IMG/VR virus record: IMGVR_UViG_3300029999_000001
Coordinates: 67,557-100,323 of that record
Source: a virus
Direction: 5' to 3' (one strand)
DNA length: 32,767 nucleotides
Of the stretch, positions 8,623 through 15,884 are shown piece after piece. Position 1 is the first letter of the stretch; each line of letters opens with the position of its first letter. A program made the translations under genes and the position numbers. Below the pieces are notes generated by a model. That model had not been told where the DNA came from, did no database searches, and saw nothing but the letters and a program-made list of their open reading frames with translations.

Positions 8623-8888
8623 CACGCTTCCTCCTCGCCGCGTTCGCACTCCAGTTCACCTACCGGCCCCGCAGAATCCCGTACCTCGAGCCGCCGGACT
8701 TCCCCGTCTTTTTCCAGCAGCAGCACCGAGCATCGTTTCCCTTCGCGGGTGACGACGGCGAGCCCGGCGTACTGTTCTCCTGGTTCCCGCTGCCGGTAGA
8801 GGGCGGCGATGCCGTCGAGCATGGGGTTCCAGAACGCGGGGTCACGGCTGCCGGGCAGGGTGGACCGCGGCCATTCCCGGGTGCTCAC
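8619..8888 (-). CDS. hypothetical protein
   Basis: GTG start overlaps TGA of the stranded MTase tail. Confidence 0.6.
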   Translation of the reverse strand: MSTREWPRSTLPGSRDPAFWNPMLDGIAALYRQREPGEQYAGLAVVTREGKRCSVLLLEKDGEVRRLEVRDSAGPVGELECERGEEEAC

Positions 8889-8978
8889 GCGGCCCCCCGC
8901 GTGGTCATGTCCGCCGCTCGCGCCTCAACTGCCGCGATCCGGCCTGTGATCCACTCCACGACCGGGACCGCCACAGCG
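8885..8978 (-). pseudogene. stranded original 3' end of the C5 MTase (AVAVPVVEWITGRIAAVEARAADMTTRGAA*)
   Basis: 11/18 aa identical to the current MTase motif-X tail; still coupled (GTGA) to the downstream gene. Confidence 0.85.
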
Positions 8979-9623
8979 CACGCTACAGGTAGACTGGAAC
9001 AGTGGAGACATGGAGCGATACTTCCTTTGCCGCTTACCTCGCCGGTTTTACCGATGGAGAGGGCTACATGGACGCACCGCCTCACGGGGGGCTGCGCATC
9101 ATCCTGGCCAACTGTGAACGCGACGTGCTGGAGGCCATCCGGCGGCGGCTTGGCTACGGCGTAATCAGGTCCCAGCAGCAGAAGCCACATTGGCGCGAGC
9201 GCTTCGTCCTCGTAATTTCGAGCGCCGCCGACTGTGAGAGCTTTGCCCGCCTCACATTGCCATACCTGATCATCAAGCGGCGGCCGGCACTTGCCATCCT
9301 GGCCAAGTGCGAGGAATGGCGGAATGTCGTCGCGTCCTATGAAGAGCGAAACCATCTCATCAGGGAAGCCATTGCGGCGGGCGAAGTGCAGAAAGAAATC
9401 GCAGCAAGATTCGGCCTTAGCCAGCAGGCAATCTCGCGCATCAAACTGGGGCACACGTGGCCATCCGAGAAGCCCAAGAGTGCACGTCAAGGCGCCCGTG
9501 GTGCTTCGCTTCGAGGTCGCGTCAGGCAACACTGGTCATCCTCTCCGGGGCGCGGCCTGAATGGCACTGATCGACGGCCACAAGTCGCTGAAGAATCCAC
9601 TCAGCCACAGGAACCGCAATAGC
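8979..9623 (+). mobile_element. free-standing homing endonuclease insertion in C5 MTase motif X
   Basis: Bounded by the two copies of the MTase tail; almost entirely occupied by the HEG ORF. Confidence 0.8.
9002..9622 (+). CDS. single-motif LAGLIDADG homing endonuclease with C-terminal HTH
   Basis: AYLAGFTDGEG motif, LPYLIIKR, HTH GEVQKEIAARFGLSQQAISRIKLGHTW; TAGACT 6 nt before GTG. Confidence 0.88.
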   Translation: METWSDTSFAAYLAGFTDGEGYMDAPPHGGLRIILANCERDVLEAIRRRLGYGVIRSQQQKPHWRERFVLVISSAADCESFARLTLPYLIIKRRPALAILAKCEEWRNVVASYEERNHLIREAIAAGEVQKEIAARFGLSQQAISRIKLGHTWPSEKPKSARQGARGASLRGRVRQHWSSSPGRGLNGTDRRPQVAEESTQPQEPQ

Positions 9624-10808
9624 GTTCCCGCATTGCCGGTACCGGGCCGAGTCGGACTGTTCCGTCCCGTCCGCCTGCCACCGCGTCCAGTCGTCGGGGA
9701 GGCCCATCAAGCGCTCGCACTCAAGCGGGGTGAGCCGGCGGACGGCTGTTGCGGTCTGGACGCCGGTTATGGCGCGGGAGACGGCCATGATTGCGTCGTC
9801 CTTGCCGCCATGACCGGGAGCGCCGTGGTTGGTTCCCCAGGATGCCGTCAGCGTTGGAGCGGTTATCAGATGGCCGCCCGCCGCACCCTCGGCGTCTATC
9901 CGGTGCCCTCGCCGTCCGCCGCCCTGGAGGGTGGAGGCGACGAGCTGGCCGGCCGCGGCCTCGTCGGCGCCGACACGCCACCCTCCGCCCGGCCCGCCGG
10001 TTCCGAGGGTTCCGATCGTGCGAGGTTCTCCAGCGCCCCCTGAAGATCCCCCGGCATCACCCGGCCCCGCCTGGCTGCCCGCCGCAGGATCCCGGTCGCC
10101 GCCCTCGGACTCAAGGAGTACTTCCGCAGGTGCGGCCCGGTCTCCAAGACATCCGGCAATGAAGACACGACCGCGACGCTGGGGGACGCCGAAAAACTGA
10201 GCGTCCAGAACTCGGTAGGCGACCCCATCCCAGCGCTTCCCCACCGCCCCGAGGACGGTACCCATGGCTCCTCCATGGAGTCCCATGCAGCCGCCGGGGC
10301 AGGCGCCGCCTTCGGGAACGTGGGTGACGTGGGCGAGGAAGACACGCTTCCCGTCTCGCTTCTCCCATCGCCCGCATCGAACAGCGCGCCTGTTGTCCAG
10401 GCAGGTTTCGTCTCCGGGACATGAGCAGACGGCCGAGAGCATGCCTGGCACGTTTTCAAATAGGAGCCAGCGTGGACGCAGTTCGTCAGCGAGCCGCATG
10501 AAGTGCCAGAAAAGTCCTGAGCGTGCTCCACCCAGGCCCGCGCGGCGGCCAGCGATGGAGAAGTCCTGGCAGGGTGAGCCCCCGGCGAGGATTCCCCGTC
10601 CGGGAACAAAGCCGGCTGCGATGAGCTGGTCACCGGTGATCTCCGTTACGTCGTTGAACAGGGCTGTGCGGGGGAAGTGGCGGGCGAGCACGCCGCGGCA
10701 ATCGGGGTCGATTTCCACGGCCGCTACGACGTTCACCGCGGCCCGTTCGAGCGCCAGGTCGAAGCCGCCGATGCCGGCGAACAGGGAGACCGCAGTGAGA
10801 TCGCTCAT
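9522..10808 (-). CDS. orphan DNA (cytosine-5)-methyltransferase
   Basis: Motif I SLFAGIGG, IV GSPCQDFS, VI ENVPG, VIII FGVPQRRGRVF, IX RRLTPLECERLMGLP, X QCGNAIAVPV; ATG 10808 overlaps upstream TGA. Confidence 0.95.
   Translation of the reverse strand: MSDLTAVSLFAGIGGFDLALERAAVNVVAAVEIDPDCRGVLARHFPRTALFNDVTEITGDQLIAAGFVPGRGILAGGSPCQDFSIAGRRAGLGGARSGLFWHFMRLADELRPRWLLFENVPGMLSAVCSCPGDETCLDNRRAVRCGRWEKRDGKRVFLAHVTHVPEGGACPGGCMGLHGGAMGTVLGAVGKRWDGVAYRVLDAQFFGVPQRRGRVFIAGCLGDRAAPAEVLLESEGGDRDPAAGSQAGPGDAGGSSGGAGEPRTIGTLGTGGPGGGWRVGADEAAAGQLVASTLQGGGRRGHRIDAEGAAGGHLITAPTLTASWGTNHGAPGHGGKDDAIMAVSRAITGVQTATAVRRLTPLECERLMGLPDDWTRWQADGTEQSDSARYRQCGNAIAVPVAEWILQRLVAVDQCHSGRAPERMTSVA
9896..10633 (-). 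CDS. overlapping +1-frame protein resembling the M.EcoHK31I beta polypeptide N-terminal/central part
   Basis: 245-codon open frame with RWGSAGM...FWTL...PSVAVVSSLPDVLETGPHLRKYSLSPRAATGILRRAARRG..MP..L..AL; similarity recalled from memory, not aligned. Confidence 0.6.
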   Translation of the reverse strand: MTSSSQPALFPDGESSPGAHPARTSPSLAAARAWVEHAQDFSGTSCGSLTNCVHAGSYLKTCQACSRPSAHVPETKPAWTTGALFDAGDGRSETGSVSSSPTSPTFPKAAPAPAAAWDSMEEPWVPSSGRWGSAGMGSPTEFWTLSFSASPSVAVVSSLPDVLETGPHLRKYSLSPRAATGILRRAARRGRVMPGDLQGALENLARSEPSEPAGRAEGGVSAPTRPRPASSSPPPSRAADGEGTG

Positions 10809-11362
10809 GCGGCACGCCCCAGCCGGCTGATGCCCGCCAGTTCCCTGGCGATGACGCCGGACAGCAGCAGGGACGGGCGCCACACGCCCCAATCCTGCCC
10901 GGCAACCGTAAGGGCGTGCCCCATCTGCTGCTGGGCCGGGGTCGGCTTCCCCCGCATCGTCTTGAGCTCGCGCCAGAGGATGCCGCGGGGGCCGATCAGG
11001 ATGTCGTCGGGGACGCCGGGTGTGGTGCCGCGGGAGTTGTAGACGTGGATGCGGAGGACGCCGAGGTCTTTGCAGATGGCCCGGACGTGTTCCTCGAGCT
11101 CGTCCTCGCTCATCGCCGCGGCGAGAGTATGGAACCCAGCAGGGGGACGCGGCTTCCCGTCCACGCCCCCTGCCGGGGCTTGTCCCGCACCCGCAGCTGG
11201 GGGGGTAGCTACAGGTGCGGAAGTCTGACCGGACCCGCCCGGGGGGGCGGACGGGTCCGGCGTGGCCACGTCACCGCGTGAACCTGGACACGCGGGTGAC
11301 ATGGCCGGCCCAGCGGGGGCAACGGGGGCAACCCCGGCCGGGCGGTCTGGGATACGGGTCAT
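10805..11362 (-). CDS. VRR-NUC family nuclease with low-complexity N-terminus
   Basis: MSEDELE...PGVPD...RELKT..GK.T..Q......L......GVWRP. Confidence 0.82.
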   Translation of the reverse strand: MTRIPDRPAGVAPVAPAGPAMSPACPGSRGDVATPDPSAPPGGSGQTSAPVATPPAAGAGQAPAGGVDGKPRPPAGFHTLAAAMSEDELEEHVRAICKDLGVLRIHVYNSRGTTPGVPDDILIGPRGILWRELKTMRGKPTPAQQQMGHALTVAGQDWGVWRPSLLLSGVIARELAGISRLGRAA

Positions 11363-11622
11363 GGGGCACCGTCGTCTTTCAGCGCCAGCCCGGCCGCGTC
11401 GAGGACGCGCCGGACCTCGGCGAGCTGGGCGGGCCCGAAGTTGTACCGGTCCATCAGCTGGTCGGCGGTCCAGCCGGTCAGTACGCCGATGGTGCGGATC
11501 CAGGCTCGCAGCAGCGAGTTCTGCGTCTGTGTGACCATCCGGCCGGTGTCGCCTTCGGGCCAGAGGGTGAGGATGGAGGCGTTCGCGTCCACCACGGCCT
11601 GGTCCCGCGCCCCGGCGTTCAC
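11359..11622 (-). CDS. stand-alone RNA polymerase alpha-CTD-like protein
   Basis: TQNSLLRAWIRTIGVLTGWTADQLMDRYNFGPAQLAEVRRVLDAAGLALKD matches the alpha-CTD pattern N.L.R.GI.T.G.L.......L.D..NFG...L.EV...L...GL.LKD. Confidence 0.75.
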   Translation of the reverse strand: MNAGARDQAVVDANASILTLWPEGDTGRMVTQTQNSLLRAWIRTIGVLTGWTADQLMDRYNFGPAQLAEVRRVLDAAGLALKDDGAP

Positions 11623-11897
11623 TGGCCTGGCCTCGGGTACGTGATGACGGGTGAGTGCTCAGCCTTAAGTTTCGGCTTCGCGGCCTCGTACGGGAGCAGC
11701 CCGCACGCTTCCAGCAGCTCCCCGAACGCGCCTGGGTCATCTTCGAGGCAGGCGATGGCCCCGGCGACTTTCCAGAGCCGGGCGAGCCTGTGTTCCCGCA
11801 TCGCCTCCGTGGGGTGCCGGCCGGGGTACGGCATCACGGTGGAGGCGTCAGCACTAGCCAGGATGGCGGCGGTCGTGTGGTCACTGTGCACGGTCAT
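11619..11897 (-). CDS. hypothetical protein
   Basis: Coupled ORF (ATG 11897). Confidence 0.55.
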   Translation of the reverse strand: MTVHSDHTTAAILASADASTVMPYPGRHPTEAMREHRLARLWKVAGAIACLEDDPGAFGELLEACGLLPYEAAKPKLKAEHSPVITYPRPGQ

Positions 11898-12088
11898 GAC
11901 GCACCAGCCAGGCATTCGTCTGCGATCTTCAGCGTGTGCCGGTTCGGGGCGCCGAGCGGGTACCCGGCGCCGTCGAACGCCTCAGCAACCCCGGCTTCGA
12001 GGGCAAGCCAGCCGGCGGTCAGGATCTGCCCGTCCTGGATCATGGTCGCGGCGGCTGCACGGAGCGCAGCGATCTCAGCGGCGGTCAT
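11894..12088 (-). CDS. hypothetical protein
   Basis: Coupled ORF (ATG 12088). Confidence 0.55.
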   Translation of the reverse strand: MTAAEIAALRAAAATMIQDGQILTAGWLALEAGVAEAFDGAGYPLGAPNRHTLKIADECLAGAS

Positions 12089-12453
12089 GCGGCGGCCCGC
12101 CGTTCGGTGATCAGCCGCTTCCATTCGGCGGTCAGGGCGTCGTACTCCTCGTCGCTGTCCGTGTCCTCGGCCGCCATGAAGCCGCACTCAGCCGCCCAGT
12201 CGTTAAGCCGCTGGCCATCCGGGGCAAGGCCGGTCAGGCCGGCGGCCTGCGCGCAGAACGGCGACATCCAGCTCTCCGCGCGCTGCTCCCAGACCTTCAG
12301 CGGGCAGCGCTGGCCCAGGACGCACGTGTCCCCGCTGCCGAGACTCAGTACTTCCAGGTCGATCGCACGTTCGACGCCAGCACGCCACCAGTCCGGGTCG
12401 TGCTCGTCCTGGAACGCCGCGCCTGCGGCGACCCGCTCAGTGATGCTCGTCAT
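12085..12453 (-). CDS. hypothetical phage protein (RVAAGAA..DEH.P.W...ID...L.L.S...CVLGQ)
   Basis: RBS GGAGG, ATGA coupling. Confidence 0.7.
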   Translation of the reverse strand: MTSITERVAAGAAFQDEHDPDWWRAGVERAIDLEVLSLGSGDTCVLGQRCPLKVWEQRAESWMSPFCAQAAGLTGLAPDGQRLNDWAAECGFMAAEDTDSDEEYDALTAEWKRLITERRAAA

Positions 12454-12646
12454 GAGGCTTCCTCCGCACGCTGGGTCCTGAAGAACGTTGTGTCGTCGGC
12501 GCTGGCCGACGTCAGGTGCCAGAAGCCACCGCAGCGGCAGAGACCCGCACCTTGCCGATGCGCGCTCCGCGGAATCCGCCGCGCGCTTCACGCCTGGCTT
12601 CACGGCGGCTCAGGTAGCGCACCTTGCCGCACTCGCAAGTGCTCAT
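12450..12646 (-). pseudogene. frameshifted small Zn-finger gene (C.CGKVRY...R.[Y]CRCGGFWHLTS)
   Basis: One missing base at ~12540; restoring it gives an ORF ending in an ATGA overlap with 12453. Confidence 0.7.
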
Positions 12647-13164
12647 GCCGCCTCCCTCCCCGTCAGCCGCTCCCACTCGATCGCAACCTCCGGTGACGTC
12701 CAGTCGCACACCTCACTGAGCCGGCCGGCCGCCATCAGGGCTTCCTCGGCGTCGTAGTAAACGGTGGGCAACGGCCTGCCGGTGGGCCGGTGAATAACAC
12801 ACCAGAAAGACGGGGCCTCCGGGTCACGGCACACCACCAGAGGCGCGAACTCATCCCATGCGATGCCTTCAACGGCGAGCAGTTCACTGTTGTCCCGCCA
12901 GATGCGGACGGTTCCTGTGGGGACGAGGGGGGGCATTGCCTGTGTCATCTGGTTCAGGCGCAGCCCGGTGGTTTCCTGGGCTTGCCGTGCCCGGATCCGG
13001 GCGGCGACAGCCCGGGCGAACGCTGGCCCGGTGTGGTCGTCCGGGTCACGGAGGGCCAGCCGGACATCCGCCGCGTGCCCCCGGAAGTCCAGCACGAGAA
13101 CCGCGGCGATCAGTGACACGGTGGGGACACCGAATGCCAGGGCAGCCCAGTCGGTGATATTCAT
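12643..13164 (-). CDS. hypothetical protein with N-terminal TM helix
   Basis: RBS GGAGGAAGG; hydrophobic N-terminus. Confidence 0.6.
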   Translation of the reverse strand: MNITDWAALAFGVPTVSLIAAVLVLDFRGHAADVRLALRDPDDHTGPAFARAVAARIRARQAQETTGLRLNQMTQAMPPLVPTGTVRIWRDNSELLAVEGIAWDEFAPLVVCRDPEAPSFWCVIHRPTGRPLPTVYYDAEEALMAAGRLSEVCDWTSPEVAIEWERLTGREAA

Positions 13165-13325
13165 GGCTGCCCTTCCTCCCCCTCGTGCCTGGTTTCCCGT
13201 GCTCGCTGCCCGGCCGCTTCCATTTCGGTCACCCGGATCACTAGCCGCGCGTCCAGCCACTTCCGCACCTGATGGGTGCCGATGAGGGCAACGATGACGC
13301 CGGCGACCAGCAAGGCCGTGATCAT
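13161..13325 (-). CDS. 54-aa membrane peptide (MITALLVAGVIVALIG...)
   Basis: Manually translated; coupled at both ends. Confidence 0.6.
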   Translation of the reverse strand: MITALLVAGVIVALIGTHQVRKWLDARLVIRVTEMEAAGQRARETRHEGEEGQP

Positions 13326-13552
13326 GACCGCTCCCTGTCCGGCGTGACGGTGGGGTCGTGCTCCCAGCGGTAAAAGTGGAAGCCGAGTTCAGCGGTCAGC
13401 TGCGGGTCACGGGGGGCCTTGTCCATCCGGCGGCACGCCCAGCAGTGGCAGCCGGGCTTACGGTTCTCGCGCCGCTCCCGGATGATGAAGACAGCCACGG
13501 CGGCAGCTGCGGCCACGGCCAGCCCGGAGAACACCAGGTCAAGAAGGCTCAT
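13322..13552 (-). CDS. small membrane protein with CHCWAC motif
   Basis: TM N-terminus; coupled. Confidence 0.6.
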   Translation of the reverse strand: MSLLDLVFSGLAVAAAAAVAVFIIRERRENRKPGCHCWACRRMDKAPRDPQLTAELGFHFYRWEHDPTVTPDRERS

Positions 13553-14004
13553 GCGGCATCCCCGCCATCACCAGGCCACGAGTGCTTCAGCAGGCCGAGG
13601 TCGTACGCCCACTGGAGCTCGCTCTCCGGCTTCTGTGCGAGATCATGGTTGTGCTGCCTGCACAACGGCACGGTGTTCTCCGGGTCGGTGATCGACCCGC
13701 CCCGGGCCCGGGTCAGCACCTCATGAAGGTCATCCGCCGGCCCGCATCCGGGCACAGCGCACATGACGGTTCCTTCGCGGCGATCCGGCCAGCGCTCGTC
13801 CGCCATCGCGACGCGTTCCCGGTTCTCCCGGGCCCGCTTGGCGCTGACCTTCCTGATCGACTTCCTCGCCGGGGCACGCGACGGCTCAGCTGCCCCGCCG
13901 TCGTGGATCGTGACCACGAACCCAACCACCCGTAGCGGTTTGCTGTGGGCCCGCCACTCGCGGATGACAGCAGGGTCAGAGGGCGGCAACGGCTTGCTGC
14001 GCAT
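13549..14004 (-). CDS. HNH endonuclease-like protein
   Basis: CAVPGC...DLHE..TRARGGSITDPEN..PLCRQHN. Confidence 0.75.
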   Translation of the reverse strand: MRSKPLPPSDPAVIREWRAHSKPLRVVGFVVTIHDGGAAEPSRAPARKSIRKVSAKRARENRERVAMADERWPDRREGTVMCAVPGCGPADDLHEVLTRARGGSITDPENTVPLCRQHNHDLAQKPESELQWAYDLGLLKHSWPGDGGDAA

Positions 14005-14573
14005 CAGGCGCCCCCGCCCATCACCGCGTCGTAGGCGCGGAGCGCCCATTTCGCGTCCCCGAGCGCGCTGTGGCGTTCCTCGGGCCCGGGCGGCTCAACG
14101 CCGATCAGCCGGGACAGGTCATCCGACCGCCACGGGAGAGGGGGAACCATCTCGCCCTGGCCCCGCAGGTAACCGGCGATCAGGGTCTCGAAATCTTGGA
14201 GGTGGTAATGCCACGAGGGGCAGATGCCGTTGGCGCGCATCCGGCTGCCCAGCACCTCGGCGTCGAAGTTCGGGACAGCGCCGACGAGGTGAGCACCGCG
14301 GGTGCGGGCTTCCACGGCCCGCAGCGCGGGATGCTCGCGGTGGGTCATCTTTACGCTGCCGCCGGGCGCGTACTGCGGGTGCCGCTCATGGAACCGGCCG
14401 ATCTTCAGTGACATCAGGTCGGCGTTGCCGAGGTCGAGATCTTCGGCGGCGATGAACCAGGACTCTTCCCGGTCCGGCTTCCCCGGTTCGCGGGTGATGA
14501 CGGCGATCTCCCAGGCGCGCCTGTCTGGCCGCAAGCTGGTTGTCTCGCAATCAATTGCCACGATCTTGGTCAT
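14004..14573 (-). CDS. DEDDh 3'-5' exonuclease
   Basis: IDCETT, GAVPNFD, HSALGDA. Confidence 0.85.
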   Translation of the reverse strand: MTKIVAIDCETTSLRPDRRAWEIAVITREPGKPDREESWFIAAEDLDLGNADLMSLKIGRFHERHPQYAPGGSVKMTHREHPALRAVEARTRGAHLVGAVPNFDAEVLGSRMRANGICPSWHYHLQDFETLIAGYLRGQGEMVPPLPWRSDDLSRLIGVEPPGPEERHSALGDAKWALRAYDAVMGGGA

Positions 14574-14926
14574 CGCTGCCCCACCCCCGCTACTCCGTAC
14601 ATCGCCCTTAGATTGCTGTTGATCGACTGCCAGGCAAGGAGTTCCTTCTCCAGTGCCTTCGCGGTCCGTTCGGCGTGCTTGAACGCGATCTCGGCGTTGT
14701 CGGCCTCTTCGCGGTGCGGCATCGCCGTGATATCTGCGGTGTACCGGCGCTCATGGGCTGGCCCGTCGGCGTTCTTGTAGGCGTGGGCGTAGGCGAGGTC
14801 GAAAGCGCGTTTCTTGGTGCGCGCTTCCCGCTCGGCGGTGGTGACGACGCCGACGCCCTTGGCGATCCGCTCGGACAGTTCCTGGATCTTGCCTTCGGCG
14901 TCCACTGGGTTGAGGACTTCGCTCAT
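14570..14926 (-). CDS. coiled-coil hypothetical phage protein
   Basis: Helical ORF in the recombination module; coupled. Confidence 0.65.
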   Translation of the reverse strand: MSEVLNPVDAEGKIQELSERIAKGVGVVTTAEREARTKKRAFDLAYAHAYKNADGPAHERRYTADITAMPHREEADNAEIAFKHAERTAKALEKELLAWQSINSNLRAMYGVAGVGQR

Positions 14927-15648
14927 GCCGCCTCCGTCCACGCCTTGATCGGCCAGGACCCGTCAATGACCTCGGTCTTGCCCTGCTTGCGCAGGTAGTC
15001 CTGGAAGCTGGCAGCCTGATCGGCCTTGGCTTTCACCTGCAGGTCGTGGAGTTCACCCAGCGGCATGGCGGCAAGCTGCGGGTAGACCTTCGCGAGCTTC
15101 CAGGCCAGCCGCGCCGCGGCGATGGCGTCGGCCGCGGCGTCGTGCGCACCGTCGAGCTTGACCCCGTAGTGCTCGCAGACGGCGGTGAGCGTCCGCCTGC
15201 CCTTCCGGTACGGATCAAGGTGCTTGTCGAGGACGAACGGGTCAATGACAGCGGCGGCATAGGGGAACTGCCCGGTGAACGGTTCCAGTTCGTGCCGCCG
15301 CGTTTCCCGGTCGATGAGCGTTAGATCGAATGGGGCGTTGTAGGCGACGATGGGGATGCCCGCGCGGGCAGAGCGGACCAGTGCACCGCTGATGTCGTTC
15401 AGTGCCGGGCCGGGTACCTCGCCGTGCTCGCGGGCATGCTCCGTCGTGATGCCGTGAACATCCGTAGCGTCTGGAGGGATCTCGCAGCCCGGGTCAATGA
15501 GCCAGTTCTCGGACTCCGGCGGAATGACGCCGGAGCCGTCGACATGAGCCACGCAGGCGGTAACGATCCGGGCCGTCTCAACGTCCGTGTCAGTACTTTC
15601 GACGTCGAACGCGCACATCACGCCGAGATGCCACGGGTCAGTGCTCAA
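14923..15648 (-). CDS. DnaQ/Pol III epsilon-like 3'-5' exonuclease
   Basis: FDVEST, VHGITTE, YNAPFD, DPFVLDK, AHDAAADA. Confidence 0.9.
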   Translation of the reverse strand: MSTDPWHLGVMCAFDVESTDTDVETARIVTACVAHVDGSGVIPPESENWLIDPGCEIPPDATDVHGITTEHAREHGEVPGPALNDISGALVRSARAGIPIVAYNAPFDLTLIDRETRRHELEPFTGQFPYAAAVIDPFVLDKHLDPYRKGRRTLTAVCEHYGVKLDGAHDAAADAIAAARLAWKLAKVYPQLAAMPLGELHDLQVKAKADQAASFQDYLRKQGKTEVIDGSWPIKAWTEAA

Positions 15649-15884
15649 GAGTCCTCACCCTTCGCCCAGATGTCATCCGGCGCCGGGCCACGTGACCGGT
15701 CGGCCAGGCGCAGGGACGGAGTGTCAGCGAGGCGCTCATGCTCGGCGGCCTGGCGCCGGTCCATCAGCCCGCGTCGCCGCCGTTCCTCATTAGACAAGGC
15801 GGCCTTGTCGACGCGCCCGGTGAGCCACCGGTCAGCGAGGTCGGCCAGTTGCGCTGGGGTCAGGCGGGAACGGGCGGCCATCAC
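15645..15884 (-). CDS. hypothetical protein
   Basis: Coupled ORF. Confidence 0.5.
   Translation of the reverse strand: MMAARSRLTPAQLADLADRWLTGRVDKAALSNEERRRRGLMDRRQAAEHERLADTPSLRLADRSRGPAPDDIWAKGEDS

Noticed and set aside
8146-8649. N-terminal 160-aa extension of the initiator as given in the ORF track
   Set aside because: Overlaps a better plus-strand gene and an AT-rich promoter region; the HTH domain starts at 8145. Kept only as a side note.
8885-9532. 215-aa minus-strand ORF
   Set aside because: Antisense shadow of the HEG running into the stranded MTase tail; no protein-like features except that tail.
8979-9623. Group I intron or intein in the MTase
   Set aside because: The HEG is antisense and fills nearly the whole insert, leaving no room for a ribozyme core; the MTase frame already completes motif X and stops; no intein termini.
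11229-11260. CCGGACCCG/CGGGTCCGG hairpin as terminator
   Set aside because: Inside a very GC-rich coding stretch with no U-tract; plausible by chance.
11215-12696. 493-aa plus-strand ORF and similar long antisense ORFs
   Set aside because: High-GC shadow frames opposite a chain of translationally coupled minus-strand genes.
3907-14004. Restriction-modification system
   Set aside because: Neither MTase has an adjacent cognate restriction enzyme; the nearby nucleases are HEG, VRR-NUC and HNH types typical of phage early regions.
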